From Octopus sinensis (taxonomy: Eukaryota): a stretch of DNA of 64,000 nt. Where the stretch lies: NCBI RefSeq assembly GCF_006345805.1, contig NC_043002.1, positions 7,874,001-7,938,000 on the forward strand, in the 5' to 3' direction. The notes beneath the pieces were generated by a model. It was not told where the DNA came from and did not search any database. It was given only the letters and a program-made list of their open reading frames with translations. Positions 26,178 to 41,139 of this stretch are shown in pieces (position 1 is the stretch's first letter; each line of letters begins with the position of its first letter). Position numbers and translations under genes: made by a program.

Positions 26178-26404
26178 CCTTTACTACTCACAAGGGGCTA
26201 AACATAGAGGGGACAAACAAGGACAGACAAAGGGAATAAGTCGATTACATCGACCCCAGTGCGTAACTGGTACTTAATTTATCGACCCCGAAAGGATGAA
26301 AGACAAAGTCGACCTCGGCGGAGTTTGAACTCAGTACGTAACAGCAGACGAAATACCGCTAAGCATTTCGCCCGGGGCGCTAACGTTTCTGCCAGCTTGC
26401 CGCC
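26178..26404 (-). mobile_element. SINE family A with TSD
   Basis: Flanked by AGCAGCTAGAAT(A/T)TATA direct repeats. Confidence 0.9.
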
Positions 26405-26629
26405 TTCATAGCAGCTAGAATTTATAAACCGGAGAGACTTATGCTGAATATGTTTCACCGATTAATTCCAAGTTCAATTCCTCTACGCAGTGCAGTAGAA
26501 CATCTTCTGCCGTAGATTCGGGTTGATCAGTATCTTCTGACTAGAATTAGGTTTACGTAAACCCATGTTTACGTAAGCAAAGACATGTATATATGTATGT
26601 ATGTTTGTATGTATGTATGTATGTATGTG

Positions 26630-26661
<32 letters not shown>

Positions 26662-26902
26662 TGTATGTAGGTATGTATGTATGTATGCATGTATGTATAT
26701 ATGTATCTTTTGCTTCCTTTTATTTATTTATTTGAGGTTTGGATAACAACAAGCAACAACGATTATTGTTATATATCGAACTTTATGAATGCTTTGCATA
26801 TTTTACGGCTCGAACTACAGATTTCCTTTGCTTGAAAATCCTAACTGTTTTAGATTGTAGCTTAGAAATTTTCTAACATAACCAAATGCACCAAAGATTA
26901 TT

Positions 26903-27347
26903 GGCGGCGAGCTGGCAGAAACGTTAGCACGCCGGGCGAAATGCTTAGCGCTATTTCGTCTGCTGCTACGTTCTGAGTTCAAATTCCGCCGAGGTTGACT
27001 GTGCCTTTCTTCCTTTCGGGGTCGATAAATTTAGTACCAGTTACGCACTGGGGTCGATGTAATCGACTTAATCCGTGTGTCTGTCCTTGTTTGTCCCCTC
27101 TGTGTTTATCCCCTTGTGGGTAGTAAAGAAATAGGTATTTCGTCTGCCGCTACGTTCTGAGTTCAAATTCCGCCGAGGTCGACTTTGCCTTTCATCCTTT
27201 CGGGGTCGATAAATTAAGTACCAGTTGTGTACTGGAGTCGATGTAATCGACTTAATACCTATGTCTGTCCTGGTTTGTCCCCTCTATGTTTAGCCCCTTG
27301 TGGGTAATAAAGAAATAGGTATTTCGTCTGCCGTTACGTTCTGAGTT
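26903..27347 (+). mobile_element. SINE family A dimer plus start of a third unit
   Basis: Internal restarts at 27134 and 27318 with the same junction. Confidence 0.9.
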
Positions 27348-27454
27348 GTTTGTATTTAAAACATACTACATACATACAACTGCTCACAAAAATAGGGATT
27401 AATGTATAATTTTTGTGTATTTTCATAACTTTTTGTTTACAATATTGAAAAAAT

Positions 27455-28475
27455 ATGCCACCACAGAAAAGATGTAATCTCTTCAGAAACAAGTATAAAG
27501 CAAGTAGGATTGTAGAAAACCGAAGGCGAGAGTCTGAAGAGAGAAGCGAGATGAGATTTTCTCAAGATCAGCAAAGGCATGCTGCAGCACGTCAGACGGA
27601 ATCTCAAGAGAGAAGGGAGATGAGACTTTCCCATGATCAGCAAATGCATGCTGAAGTACTTAATGCTGGATCATTAAATCAATGTTTTAAAGATTAGACA
27701 GGGGTCCAATGGAACCGCTCTCAGAAACAGACTACGTATAAATTCGTTCTTCACAACTCCTGAATCTGTTTTCAGATATGATCCATCCCATTCTTATAAA
27801 AATGATAACTCTGTCCAAATTGGTGTGCTAAACACAAATTGTCGTTTCTGTAGAATGAAACATAGGCATGTGCTGCTCTGGCGGTCAGGTAACATTGCCA
27901 GCACCACCAGCTCCTTCTCAACCTCTTATGGATCTTCTAGAAGGCAGTTCCATCCAGTCAAAGGATTTTCTGATCAATATCACGGAATACAACTCTGCAT
28001 TTCAAATGACATCGTTTACTGCATCCAAGAGGATAGTTAAACATGAGTTTATGCCGACGTCAAGTTCAAGGGCAAGTCTATCACCTCATTGGTTCCATGT
28101 TACCCACAAATAAACCACCACAGTTCCTCTAAATTAACTTTATGAGTGATGCAGGACAACAAACCCGAAGGAGGTGTCAAAATTTCACCACCGACTACTG
28201 CAAAAGTGAGTATATCCACTGGCAGCTTTTCGGTGCGTTCAAAAATCACATAACCCCCACCCCCAATTTTCAATGACAGGTTAGGTCCTGAAATACTCCA
28301 AACGGACGCATAGCATGTTGCATTGTCGAAATAATCCATCATTTACTCCACAAATGTTTTGTTTTCAAAGCTGCACTTTCCCATATCACTTGTTTCAACA
28401 TAATTATAATATATTGTATATGAACTATGCCATTTTAATCTTTTAATCACGAGTAACGCCGGGCATCTCTGCTAG
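27455..28475 (+). mobile_element. Internally deleted autonomous-type Helitron (Rep N-terminal region and 3' end)
   Basis: RFSQDQQRHAAARQTESQERREMRLS; MCCSGGQVTLP..NITEYNSAFQMTSF..FMPT/VQGQVYHLIGS. 3' hairpin remnant ..AACGCCGGG followed by CTAG|T (28472-75). Confidence 0.88.
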
Positions 28476-28524
<49 letters not shown>

Positions 28525-29221
28525 GCATTGCATTGATTTCCAATAAAATGTTCAATTTTTAAATAACGGTGATTATTTACAGGACATGTTTCGCTTGGTT
28601 CTAGCTTATCAAACAAATGAGATATTTTGTTCAGCTGACAGAATTCAGACAGAAACTGGACGAACTATATAATTAAATTGAATGGTGAATATGCGTGCAC
28701 GTATCTTTCGCGATCTATATCGGCGAGAAAACTAATGAACTTGTACCCTTCAAAGGAAGTTTTTGTGGTGTTTGTCCCTCCCCAATATACATACACTCCG
28801 TTGTCACTCTCACAGTCAGAAACGCGCTGAAACGACCATTGGTATGCTTAAAATTTGTAGACAATGATTCTGCTGTTCACCAGTTGCAATAAACAATATG
28901 TGAATATATAAAATTTGCTTATATATTCTTTATTATGCTCAGAGGCACAAAAGATCAAAAAAGAATATAGGAGGATTGACACTCAGAATGTAAAAGGACG
29001 TAAAGGTAACGCGACACTGAAAGGATGAAAAGCAAACCTGCCCTCAACAGGATTAGAAAGACCTGGAGTAAATACAGTGAAGTAATTTTCGATGGGCTTA
29101 TGATTGTGCACCCCCCCCCATTGCCATCCATTGCCCCTTAATAATGGTTTCTCGTTTAATCTCATGGCTAGATTTTGTTTTGGAGGAGAGTCATCGATTC
29201 CGTGGTCTCAAGTATTGAAGT

Positions 29222-29520
29222 GTGGAGGCACATGGCCTAGTGGTTAGAGCAGTGGACTCGCCGTCGAGGGATCGCGGGTTCAAATCTCAAACCGGACGAT
29301 GTGTGTGTTTATGAGCGAAACACCTAAGCTCCACGCGGCACCGGCAGAAGGTAATGGCGAAACTTCTGCTGATTCTTTCGCCACAACTTTCTCTCACTCT
29401 TTCCTCCTGCATCTTGCAGCTCACCTGCGACGTACGGGCGTCCCGTCCAGGTGGGGAACCTATACGCCAAGGAAACCGGGAAACCGGCCCTTATGAGCCA
29501 GGCATGGCTCGAGAAGGAAC
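29222..29520 (+). mobile_element. tRNA-derived SINE family C (tail type 1) with 13-bp TSD
   Basis: A box TGGCCTAGTGG, B box GGTTCAAATC. CAAGTATTGAAGT at 29209-21 and 29520-32. Confidence 0.88.
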
Positions 29521-29937
29521 AAGTATTGAAGTGGTACTTTATTTTATCGACATTCGGGAAGTGAGAAAAAAAGACAAAGCAAACTTTTGTGGCTTTTCAG
29601 TGTAAATATTCGGAAGAAATGCCGCAAAGTATTTTTTCCCACGCCCTTACGATTCTGCCAGATCACCGTCTTGTTGCCCTAATAGGCAACAGCCGATTAT
29701 GTCGACCTTTGTACATGACTGGTATGTCATTCTATTCTGGAAGGATACCAGAGAAAATGGAGCTCGATGGTATTTGAGCTTGGAATGAGAAAGAACTCGG
29801 CATTGTAAGAATAATTACCTGAAGCTATGCTGTTTGTCAGTCATCCTTTTGCAAATCCAAATTCAGATAACATCGATTTCAAACATAGGCAAAATGATAG
29901 CTATTTTTTGTGTAGGGTAAGTGGACAATTGATTAAA

Positions 29938-30167
29938 GCGGCGAGCTGGCAGAAACGTTAGCACGCCGGGCGAAATGCTTAGCGGTATTTCGTCTGCCGC
30001 TACGTTCCGAGTTCAAATTCCGCCGAGGTCGACTTTGCTTTTCATCTTTTCGGGGTCGATTAAATAAATACTAGTTACGCACTGGGGTCGATGTAATCGA
30101 CTTAATCCGTTTGTCTGTCCTTGTTTGTCCCCTCTGTGTTTAGTCCCTTGTGGGTAGTAAAGAAATA
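29938..30167 (+). mobile_element. SINE family A with 18-bp TSD
   Basis: TAAGTGGACAATTGATTA at 29918-35 and 30166-83. Confidence 0.92.
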
Positions 30168-31089
30168 AGTGGACAATTGATTACATCGTGTCATGTTCAT
30201 GACAAGTACTTGATTGCCTCAAACTCAAACAAAACGACAAAATCACATGGCATATTTTCACTAAAATTCCTTCATCTCCGGAGAGCGATCCCATAGACAA
30301 TGTCTTTTATGGTTTGTTCCCGTTACGTTCCAAGACAACCTTTCTGAAGCGAATCTTCGATCATAAGCATTCTTTTACACGTTATGACCATTCTAACTTT
30401 TATTTAGGAGTAAGACTAAAAATTTGACAAGTCAGTCAGTCACCGGCTGACACTCGCTGACGCTACATCGAAGAGGCCAGGGAACAGAAGAAAGAAGAAG
30501 AAAGAAGACATGCACCCAACACCAGAGCTGAAGACACCTTCGAAAGAGGGGGGCCCCACCACGTTAAAACGGTAGAGGAGTAGGGGCCGAAACCGGACGT
30601 GGTTCCTCCTGACGATGTCTTGAGCTAACTGGATCCTATAAAGGAGCTGTTGTGGTAGCAGACCACGAAACACGGTTGTAATTCCTTCCTGTTTTCAATT
30701 AAGGCGGTAGGGTGTAGTTTGAGAAAGATTTTGCTACTATTTCTAGAAGATCGAGCGATCACGTAGAGGCTTTCGTGTTAGCTTGTTCTTGATGTTTACC
30801 TGGGTCAGCGATAATCAAAGAGACTTCTCGCTAAAGATGCTCGTGTCTATCCTGCCATTTCTCTTTTCAGATTTATCTTTTATTTATTTTTCTTATTGCA
30901 CTACAGTGTGTGATATGAGAGAGGTTCAGCCGAGATTTCTAGCATATCAAACAACAATGTAGAAGGCTTCCAGCTTAAATGTTGCTTTCCTTGTTCCTGT
31001 TCATATCATCGTTAACATTTGTTTTCTTTTTTTTTAAGTTTCAGCTCAGAGCTGCGGCCATGTTGATGCACCGCCGTTTTGCGCAACAC

Positions 31090-31420
31090 TGTTATTACTA
31101 GGAGCCTCCTCTAATATGTGGCACTTGGTGAAGAATGGAGTTTGATATAGCTACCTTCATTTGCACCTCTTGTCGTGAGGTAGGTTCATCTGGGACTCTC
31201 GACAGGAAGAGGTCCAGCTTTGATTTAAAAACTCCTACATCTACTTTGTGCAAGCTCCTCAGACTCTTTGGGAGAATATTAAAAAGCTGTGGGCCCTTGA
31301 AACCCAGGCTGTTGCAGAAGCTGGTCCTGAAGTGTGGTGGCATTGCTAGGATCTCTGGCACTATGCAGTGTCTTCCCGTTCTGGCATTGGTGTAGCTTTC
31401 AATGCCAAAATTTGGCACAA
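31090..31420 (-). pseudogene. CR1/L2-group LINE ORF2 C-terminal fragment
   Basis: GPQLFNILPKSLRSL..FKSKLDLFLSRVPDEP motif. Confidence 0.8.
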
Positions 31421-31822
31421 TTCCTTAAATTTATTAACAATCATAATGATTGTGGCGAATAAACGTAAATATCCTCAGAAAGCTCCCGGTATTCAAGAAC
31501 ATCCTAAGCACTAGAATCATCCTAAACTTTAGATATTTAGAAAATAAGAGCAACAAAGACTTTTGAACCAAAAGCATATTCATAAGTCAGAAAATAGGGA
31601 GCCGTATGTGGAGAGGAGTAGGCCATATAAAGGCGATGTATGCTTGAGAAAAGAAGGACTGGAACCCAAAGGGGAAAGAGGGGCATGCGGCCCAAAACTT
31701 ACCTGCCTGAGATCAGAGGAACAGAAAATTACAGAGATGACTTGAAAACAAGAGACAAAGAAAAAAAGCACAGGACAGAATGCCTGAGGAAGCTGTTTTG
31801 ACAAGAATCCAAACAATTCCTA

Positions 31823-31853
<31 letters not shown>

Positions 31854-32822
31854 CGACGACGACGACGACGACGACGATAGTGAATATGGAGATCGCCACC
31901 ATCATCTTCGTCGATGGCATCGTAATCGTCGCTGTTGTCGTTACCATCGTGATCATAATGAGCAGAATCTTAATCATCACTTATTCATTTACTTGTTTTA
32001 GTCAACTGACAGTCGCCATGATGGAGCGTCACATTGTGGCATATATAAACCAGATAAGGAAATATTATAATCCAAATAAGCAACAAGTATATCCGAGGTA
32101 GAGTGGTACAATTGTTTCATGCTACTTCATTTTATTAAACACTGTGAGTATTACATCAGTTTTAAAATGTCGAGCAATCTTCAGCCACTTATAGAATTTT
32201 CCAGTCAAACGGACAATGCACATTCTTATCCCTACTTCATTTTCCAACATTATAAAGAGCTGAAAAGGTTTGAGTTGGTGACTCAAAGGGACTTATCCAA
32301 ATACCACAATATCAAGCGAATATATAGCGGTGAAATGGCAAAATCGGAAAAGCGCCGGACAAAATTTCTGCAGTATTTCGTCACCCAGTTTCTACGATCA
32401 GATCTTGCCGAGATCAATATTGCCAGTCGAACCCCGGATCGATAAAATAAAGTTCTGGACAAATACTGTGACCGGTTTAATATCCCTACAAAGAATTTTA
32501 GACACGAATGAGCCTATAATAGACGAAAATGAACAAGAAGGTACCCGATGAAGACCGAAAGATACACCAGTCGAAATGCTGGGGCTAAAACAACTAAGAT
32601 GAATGTACCATCCACTCGCTATTCTCATTTTCATTTCGTTTTCTTGTTCTTTTTTTTTTGTTTTATTTACCAGTACCATCCCGATTTCCAGCGTCACCAC
32701 CAACACCACTAAATCTAAATTCTGGAATTTATAAATATGTTTTTTCTCTTAAAATTAACGAATATCTGACAAAATTCAAAAATAGAGTAAATAGGAGTGC
32801 ACATTTTTTATTCTTTTCCCCA

Positions 32823-32824
<2 letters not shown>

Positions 32825-32913
<89 letters not shown>

Positions 32914-32978
32914 TCCATTCATACTTCAATCTGAAGCCAGCCACTTATTGTTTGGAAATCGTTTTATTTATTTGATTG

Positions 32979-33042
<64 letters not shown>

Positions 33043-33230
33043 TGTTGTAGTCTTTATTTCCAGCATCAGAGAAAGACAAAAAAATTGGCAACATCTTATT
33101 AGAATGAAGCGAAGAAGAAGAAGAAGAAGAAGAAGAAGAAGAAGAAGAAGAAGAAGAAGAAGAAGAAGAAGAAGAAGAAGAAGAAGAAGAAGAAGAAGAA
33201 GAAGAAGAAGAAGAAGAAGAAGAAGAATAG
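32825..33230. repeat. Microsatellites (CT)n, (TAT)n, (AAG)n
   Basis: Direct reading. Confidence 0.95.
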
Positions 33231-33611
33231 GTGGTGTTTAAATGTTGTTGTTTTTTAAATTTTACTTCCTAGTCGTATCAAGTCATGTAAAGTCCGGCCA
33301 TCGCCTTCCCACCAGCCAGCCACACATAACTTCTGGCTAACTAGCAACAACAGAGCCACACAACAGCAACCAAATACCGTTCGACCAGCCAATAAGCTAA
33401 TCAGCCAACATAGGCAAACGAATCCAGTTCAACCAATCAAGCAACCTACCAGCTAGACAACCACTCAATTAGTCTAGTTTTCTGCCAGCCAACAAGCCAA
33501 GATAGCCAAACCAATCCATCTCAACCATTTTTTTGCCCATGGATCCCTTCGATTCCTATTTTACTCAGGTCGAGAAGCCATTCCATGTTTAAAAAGTCCC
33601 ATTATATTTTT

Positions 33612-33822
33612 ATACTCTTTTACTTGTTTCAGTCATTTGACTGCGGTCAGGCTGCAGCACCGCCTTTAGTCGATCGAGCAAATCGACCCCAGGACTTATT
33701 TGTTTGTAAGCCTAGTACTTATTCTATCGGTCTTTTTTGCCGAACCGCTAAGTTACGGGGACGTAAACGCACCAGCATCGGTTGTCAAGCGATGTTGGGG
33801 GGACAAACACAGACACACAAAC

Positions 33823-33855
<33 letters not shown>

Positions 33856-34034
33856 CATATATACGACGGGCTTCTTTCAGTTTCCGTCTACCAAATCCAT
33901 TCACAAGGCTTTGGCCGGCCCGAGGCTGTAGTAGAAGACACTTGCCCAAGGTGTCACGAAGGTGTCAGTGGGACTGAACCCGGAACCATGTGGTTCGCAA
34001 GCAAGCTACATACCACACAGCCACTCCTACGCCT
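33612..34034 (-). mobile_element. SINE family B, full length
   Basis: Reverse complement of the 9472-9925 family. Confidence 0.9.
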
Positions 34035-34539
34035 ATAAATAAATATTAGTAGGAATTGTATATTTTAACAATAACATATTATATGGACCCCCAAGGATCA
34101 TATAGACCCCACAAGGATCATATGGACCCCCGATTGAGAACTACTGCCCTATCGACAAAACTAATAAAACCGGTAAGGCAACGATTACAGCTAAACAGAT
34201 GTAAAGCAATACTGGACAACCAACCATCCTAATGGAAGCAACTTAACCAACCAGCCAACCAACACAAATAACTAGCCTGCGCGACCAACCAGCGTAGCTA
34301 AATATAAACCATCCCAGCCAATCAGTCGACAGAAGAGCCAACGACTAGAGAGTATCGATGCGATCGTTCGACTTGCTAGAAATAGCAAACCGAATGTATT
34401 TTAAATTAGTCCACCTGAACCGCTTTAAAGATGAACGCGTTGGATGTAGAAAAGAAAAGATGGGTTGACGACGGATGGAATACTTTTTGATCATTTGCCA
34501 GTTCGATCGGCGACGATCTTACTAAACAGCAACAAAAAT

Positions 34540-34905
34540 TACTACTACACCTACTACTACTACTACTACTACGAGGTCAAGGTACTTGATTCCACGCAAA
34601 AAATCCGAGTTTTTTTTCTTACTGAAAATTGTACGGGTGTTACTCGAAAATTTTACCACTACTACAACTACTACTACTATTACTACTACTACTACTACTA
34701 CTACTACTAACTACTACTACTACTACTACTACACCTACTATTACTACTACTACTACTACAACTACTACTAGTAGTAGTAGTAGGGTGTTACTCGAAAATT
34801 TCACCACTACTACAACTACTACTACTACTAGTACTACTAGTACTACTACTACTAGTAGTAGTAGTAGTAGTAGTAGTAGTAGGTAGTAGTAGTAGTAGTA
34901 GTAAT
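34540..34905. repeat. (ACT)n/(TAG)n compound microsatellite with duplicated GGGTGTTACTCGAAAATTT spacer
   Basis: The spacer occurs at ~34635 and ~34783. Confidence 0.85.
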
Positions 34906-35441
34906 CAGTGCTGCCTAAAATCCATCGAGCTAGTCAACCGGCCAACAAACCAGCAATTCGAAGTTAACCAGCCAGCCAACACAGCTAAACCAATTTTAAC
35001 CAGCTTGCCAACCAGCCGGACCAGCCAACAAGACAATCAGCCAGCCAGCCGACAAACCAGCCAGCCAGCCGACAAACCAGCCAGCTTTAAACGCTGCCAG
35101 ACCAACCCCGGCCAGACAGCCAGCATGCTTGTTCGGCAGACCGTGACTTGGAGCGAGTAATATTGAGAAATAGCGGCCAAGTTCGATGATCAATGATTTG
35201 GAAGCTTAGGGAACTATGCGTGAAAGGCAGCCAAGAAGAGATGAATGGCAGGCATACATCATAGAGATGCAAGCAGAGGAAATAACGTGGCGGCAGCGAT
35301 GCTGCTTTCCCACCACCTCCAACCCTTATTCCACCCGCCACCGTTTATCTCCCTTTCATTCGTTCATTCACTTTCTTTTTCACAGACCCATTATCTCTCT
35401 CACTTACTCTCACTCTCTCCCTCAGATATGTATCTTTCTTC

Positions 35442-35472
<31 letters not shown>

Positions 35473-35775
35473 TTTTATCTGTAGATCTTGTCTCGTCTCT
35501 ATTCTCTCTTCCTATCTCTCTCGGTGTCTGTCTCTCCTCTCTCCCCGTCTCTGTGTTTGTGAACCATCAATCGGTCACAAGTTCATATTGGTAGGAATCA
35601 GAAGCGAGCGCTTGAGACCAGGTACATATTTCATTCAATGATGGCTCCATTCGCTATGTAAAAGCTCGCTTACACACGCATCCGCCCGCCCGCCTCCTAC
35701 CTTTCTATCTGTATGTGCTGTTATTATAATCTTCAGAGCTGTATGCATGTGTGTTCATGAGTGTGTTTTTGCTTC

Positions 35776-35813
<38 letters not shown>

Positions 35814-36028
35814 CTAGTGCCGAATGTGTGTCTATTTTTATTGACATACACATACACGAGCACGCACATATTAACATACACACAGACACATTAAAGAAAG
35901 AACTGTAGTAGCCGATTATATATGTGTGTGTATGTATATATATATATATATACATACACAACACACACAACACATATATATGTGTTGTGGTGGTGTTGTG
36001 TGTGTGTGTGTGTGTTATAAATAGATAG

Positions 36029-36097
<69 letters not shown>

Positions 36098-36285
36098 TGA
36101 TAGATAGGGAGAGAGAGACATAGAGAGATGTATATACGTGCACGCACACATATATGTATACATACACACACACACATGCACACACAGACATATATATATA
36201 TATAATATAGTATACGTATATATTCTAAACATACCTATACATACATATACAACAGCATATATATATATACACACACGCACACATA

Positions 36286-37105
36286 CAGAGGGTGCGATGG
36301 GTAAAATGTCGCCATTTTATATTTTTTATTTCGCTTATGCGCGTTGCTTGTTTTAGATTTTGTCGACTACACAGTATAGTAGGGTCCGTTGGGCACCGCC
36401 TGTGAGAAAAACAGCACCATTGACGCATTTCACTCTGTCAGAAATTTGGAAACGACATGCTGTACTGCTTGGCATTCACGTTGGAAGTTCCAAAACGAAC
36501 AGATGGTGAAAACACAGAACAACCGTTGGTTTGCCGTGTCCCCGAAACATGTAACCGAGAATGATAAAAACCAAACATTCAGTCAACATCGTGGTGTTTG
36601 GAGTGTGACTCAACACGGAGGCCTACATCAAGTGCCTGGAGGAGGTAGTGTTGCCCTAGGTCAGGAGGGTCGCTGCTGGAAGACCCTATGTCTGGCAACA
36701 AGCATCTGTAACATTCCACACAAGCAGGAGAGCCCAATCATGGCTGTCAGACAAGTTCTGCGAACACATCACTCCTAACATCTGGCCACCTAACTCCCCA
36801 GAGTGCAACCCATCTGATTATTATGTGTGGGATGCAGTTGAGGGAGAAGACCAACAAAACTCCTTGCATCACCAAAGATGAACTGAAGGCATCCACCAAC
36901 TTAAAGGAGACCATCCAGAAGTGTTGTAGGAGATTCCGAAATCGTTTGGCGGGCTGTGGTTGAAGCCAATGGTGATTTTATTGAATATATTTACTGTTTA
37001 GTATTTCAAGATATTTTAATGTAATTTTGATAAATAAATCTGATAAAATGAGATGCTATTTTCATTTTTGCGTAATTTAGAGGAAATATATTCACCGCAC
37101 CCTAT
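36286..37105 (+). mobile_element. Deleted Tc1/mariner-superfamily element, DD37D (maT) type
   Basis: TA-flanked GAGGGTGCG / CGCACCCT ends. In WQQ(A)..WPPNSPECNPSDYYVW there are 37 residues between the second catalytic position (here mutated to A) and D. Confidence 0.85.
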
Positions 37106-37113
37106 ATATATAA

Positions 37114-37177
<64 letters not shown>

Positions 37178-37292
37178 TATGTATGTATGTATGTATGTAT
37201 GTATTATGTATGTATGTATGTGTATATATATATATATACATACATACATACATACATCACATACATACATACATACATACATACATACTATA

Positions 37293-37353
<61 letters not shown>

Positions 37354-37509
37354 TATGTTATGTATGTATGTATGTATGTATGTATGTATGTATGTATGTA
37401 TGTATGGTGTAATATATATATATATATTATACATACATACATGACATACATACATACATACATACATACAATACATGCATACTATATATATATATATATA
37501 TATATATAG

Positions 37510-37690
37510 TGAATTCAAAGAGTCAAGCAATTTAAATAAACGAATAAAAACGAACGCCATGAGGACATGCACAAGAAAAGCGCTAGCATGACGCTCGGTT
37601 AAGAGAGAGAGAGTCTAACGTTTCGAGCATAGCTCTTCGTCGGAAAGGAGAAAGAAAAGTTGAAGGAAGGAAAAGAAACGTGTGTAGTTC
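37510..37690 (-). mobile_element. PLE-like short repeat (family F-related) with minimal HHR motif at 37613-37648
   Basis: Minus strand reads CCTTT-CCGACGA-A-GAGC TAT GCTC-GAAACGTT-AGAC. Confidence 0.6.
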
Positions 37691-37919
37691 CTTTTATGCC
37701 TATCAGTGAGCACATGCATATTTATATGTATTCATGATTAAATGTTTATGTTCGGTATCAAGAAATTTGCTTCGCACCACATTGTCCCGAGTTCGATTTC
37801 ACTACGTGTCACCGTGAATAAGTCGTTTCTACTGTAGTCTTACGTTGACCAGTGTTTCAAGAATTGAATTTTATTGACAGAAACTGTGCTGAAGCTCGTT
37901 ATGCCATCAGGCCACTCAC

Positions 37920-39190
37920 AACCGTCAGCAAGTAGAGCAATGTGCTCGGTGGAAGCTTCCCCATGAGATTCTATAGGGTGTTAGTGATGAGCAGTCTTCA
38001 ACAACGAATAATGGAGATATTTGAACCAGATATGGGCAAGAAAAATAGAATCGAGAATGTTTATTAAGGTTATAGCGATGGAGAAAACTAACACCTAGAG
38101 TAGAAGTATTCTTAGCAAATGCGCTTAGGAAAGGTTTTGTAACAGACATGCTCACAGCGAATCGCCCTCGACCGATTTACAACGCGAAACAATAAGGCAA
38201 CTTTTAAGAGAGCTAAGGCATGCAACCTAAGACACAAGGGGCCGAAAGTCGTTTGATTTTGCCCTATGACGGAAGCGCAACGTCGAAGCAGAGCCACAAT
38301 TCGGTCTTTTGTGACCACAATGATCGTCCGTTACTCGACTCAAAGGTGTGAGTGATTTTGCAGTGGAACTCTGTTCGACTGTTCGGAACAAGTGGTAGGC
38401 CGAAACGCAGGGTGGTTTCCAGTACCCATCTCAATGGCCTGCCACGACTCTCAGTAAGAAATAAGGATTGTTGCGAAAAGCCAATTGCAGCCACGGTAAC
38501 ACGAGAAGTGAGGGCTGGCTACACTTGGGACAAGTCACCTGATTTGGAGATCTACCCTGATGAGTTTTATTTTCCTATGCAAGACTTGCTTGGAGATCTC
38601 CTATGAGATATATACGTCAACAGGCAGCAGAAGGGAAGAATTCCCAATTCTCTGAACCGAAGAGCGATAGCACTGCTAAGAAAGTAACAAAATATAGGGG
38701 ATCATATTGATAATTATTGGCCCAAAATACAAATTTCAAAATTTGGGCCAAGGTGTTAACCAAGAGGTCGGTGCTTGACGTTAATAGTCTGACTAGTGAT
38801 TCGCCATCTCGAACAAATATACTCTCGACAACCTCCACTTCATGCGGTAGCTCTGTATGGATAAGGAACAAGTACAGCTGGGTCTTGATCTATTCAGATT
38901 TTTTTAAATGCTTCCGAAAGTGTGGAAAACCCAAAATTTGGTGGCTGTTCTCACGGCGGCCAATTTCGTTCCTACTTTTTGTAGTTGCATCACTACAATA
39001 CTCAGAGACATATGCTCGATTGTTAGGGTGAGTGTCCACCTAGCACAGCCATTCAGTACTATGCGCTCAGTCTGTCAAGGTTTTCTCCTCTCGTCTCTCG
39101 TATGTACTGACTCTTGAGCAACTACTGCTAAGAAAGAGATTTTGAGAGGCATTTCACAAGAACTATAGTTATTTGTAGAGGAGACTTTAC
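37920..39190 (+). mobile_element. Decayed L1/Tx1-clade LINE reverse-transcriptase region
   Basis: DKSPDLEIYPDEFY..GDLL, NTNFKIWAKVL, DNLHFMR, and SVCQGFLLS..YVLTLEQLL remnants. Confidence 0.8.
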
Positions 39191-39579
39191 GAATTCGCAT
39201 TTTAATAGTTCCTAATTGCCTTGCACATCTGGTGGTACCAGTCGAAGAAGATTTGAGATAATTCTTCCTAGTGTATAATTTCCTTGTTGACATTTTGTTG
39301 CAGCCGTGATAGTTGTTCTTGTTTTTCTCCATGTTCTTTTCCGTGTTTGATATGAATGTATGCTTTTGAGCACCGCACAAGTTGTTGACAACTTCAAGTA
39401 GCACCACGGCCTTGACCATATCGTAATTGAGAATAACCGGGCTTTGTTGTTGCTGGTGCTCCTGTAAATAATGTTGCCGTTGTAGTTAACGTTGTTGATA
39501 TCGTTGTTTATGTTGGTCCTCTTCTTCTTCTTCTTCTTCTTCTCTTTCTTTTCTTCTTCTTCTTCTTATTATTATTTTA

Positions 39580-39622
<43 letters not shown>

Positions 39623-39626
39623 TTGT

Positions 39627-39716
<90 letters not shown>

Positions 39717-40199
39717 TTTGTGTTGTGGTGTCGAGTAACTTGTATGTTTGTTCGTCTGCTTATATATTCAAAACTTGTTAATTGTCGAAATCGTCTGATA
39801 TAACATTTGTTTAAGCCAACCAGTAAACAGGGGGTTGGTTGTCTTTCTGCTTCTCGCCCCCTTTTTTGTCAAATTTTGGTTTGAAAAACACCTTTTATAA
39901 ATATGGTGCCCGATTCCACAGTCAGCAAACTGAAGGTAGAGACACGGGGGTGACACGCAAAACAGATGAAGCACATGGAGGAGGAGGAGGAAATCGTTTG
40001 TCAAGCGTTGGAAGTTCAAAAGTGAAGTACTTGCATAACAGCTATAGCGGCAAACATTGAAAATTCTTAGTTAAAAAAATTTGGAAAAATCGATCAAATT
40101 GCTGAGAGTCAGGCTTTGTCCAAGCATCTATGTAGAAGAGAATTGCGACGAGATCACGAGCAAGGTGGCTATCTCATCTAGAAAGGGGCCAGTTGTAGA

Positions 40200-40265
<66 letters not shown>

Positions 40266-40338
40266 GTCCAGTGGAGAAGTTCGTGTGTGATAAGAAATAA
40301 CAGGATCAACAGTGCGACCACGTGTGCGTGTGATATAG

Positions 40339-40543
40339 AGAGAGTTTACGAAAAAAACAAAAGATGAAGACAGGTGATGTACAAAACAAACAGATGTATT
40401 AGTATAACGCTCAGGAATAGAAAAAGTCTTTTACGTTTCGAGCCTACGTTCTTCTACAGAAAGGGACACAGAAAAAAAAAACGAGGAGAGAAACAGGGAG
40501 AGAAAAAAATGTGTGTAGTGGCTAACGATCTATCATGGCGACT
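40339..40543 (-). mobile_element. Repeat family E copy 4 (HHR-like motif 40426-40467)
   Basis: Same family; one mismatch in stem II. Confidence 0.75.
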
Positions 40544-40577
40544 AGTGCCGGACAGAAGGGTCTCACACACACACACA

Positions 40578-40642
<65 letters not shown>

Positions 40643-41139
40643 TATATATATATGACGACTACCTTATCTGACGTCATTGGATTTAAGAGATAAAATCTTG
40701 TACAACACTTTTGCCATTCTCTCAGTCATAGATTCCAGTAACAAGCATTGCAAGGTGACTGAAACTATTTTGATTGCAAGTTTTATATGAGGCAAGAATA
40801 AGTGAGTGGCCCTACACTAAGCTAAGGCCTGCATGACGAAGAGAACAGACAAGAGAGGTGCTTCCGTGTAGTGGCCTTGGCAGTTGGAGTGATCCTGGAT
40901 TTGAGGAATTCCATGATTACCTTGAGTGACTCCCAGAGCGCTGCCTTGCCTGTGGCTTTCTCAGAAGTACCAGGAATCTCCTCAACACCTACAAAAGCTA
41001 TTTAACCCATATATAGGACCCTGACAGGTACTACTATTCTACGTCAGAACGGACCTGGTAATTAAGGGGTGACTTCATACTCCACACAAATCCAGAACTC
41101 TCGAATGGATCCAAAACACCGGGTACGGTTTAATGTCAA

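Noticed and set aside
39190-39465. Open frame on the minus strand after a possible acceptor (EHQQQQSPVILNYDMVKAVV..)
   Set aside because: No recognisable domain or clear donor; the frame runs into antisense LINE sequence.
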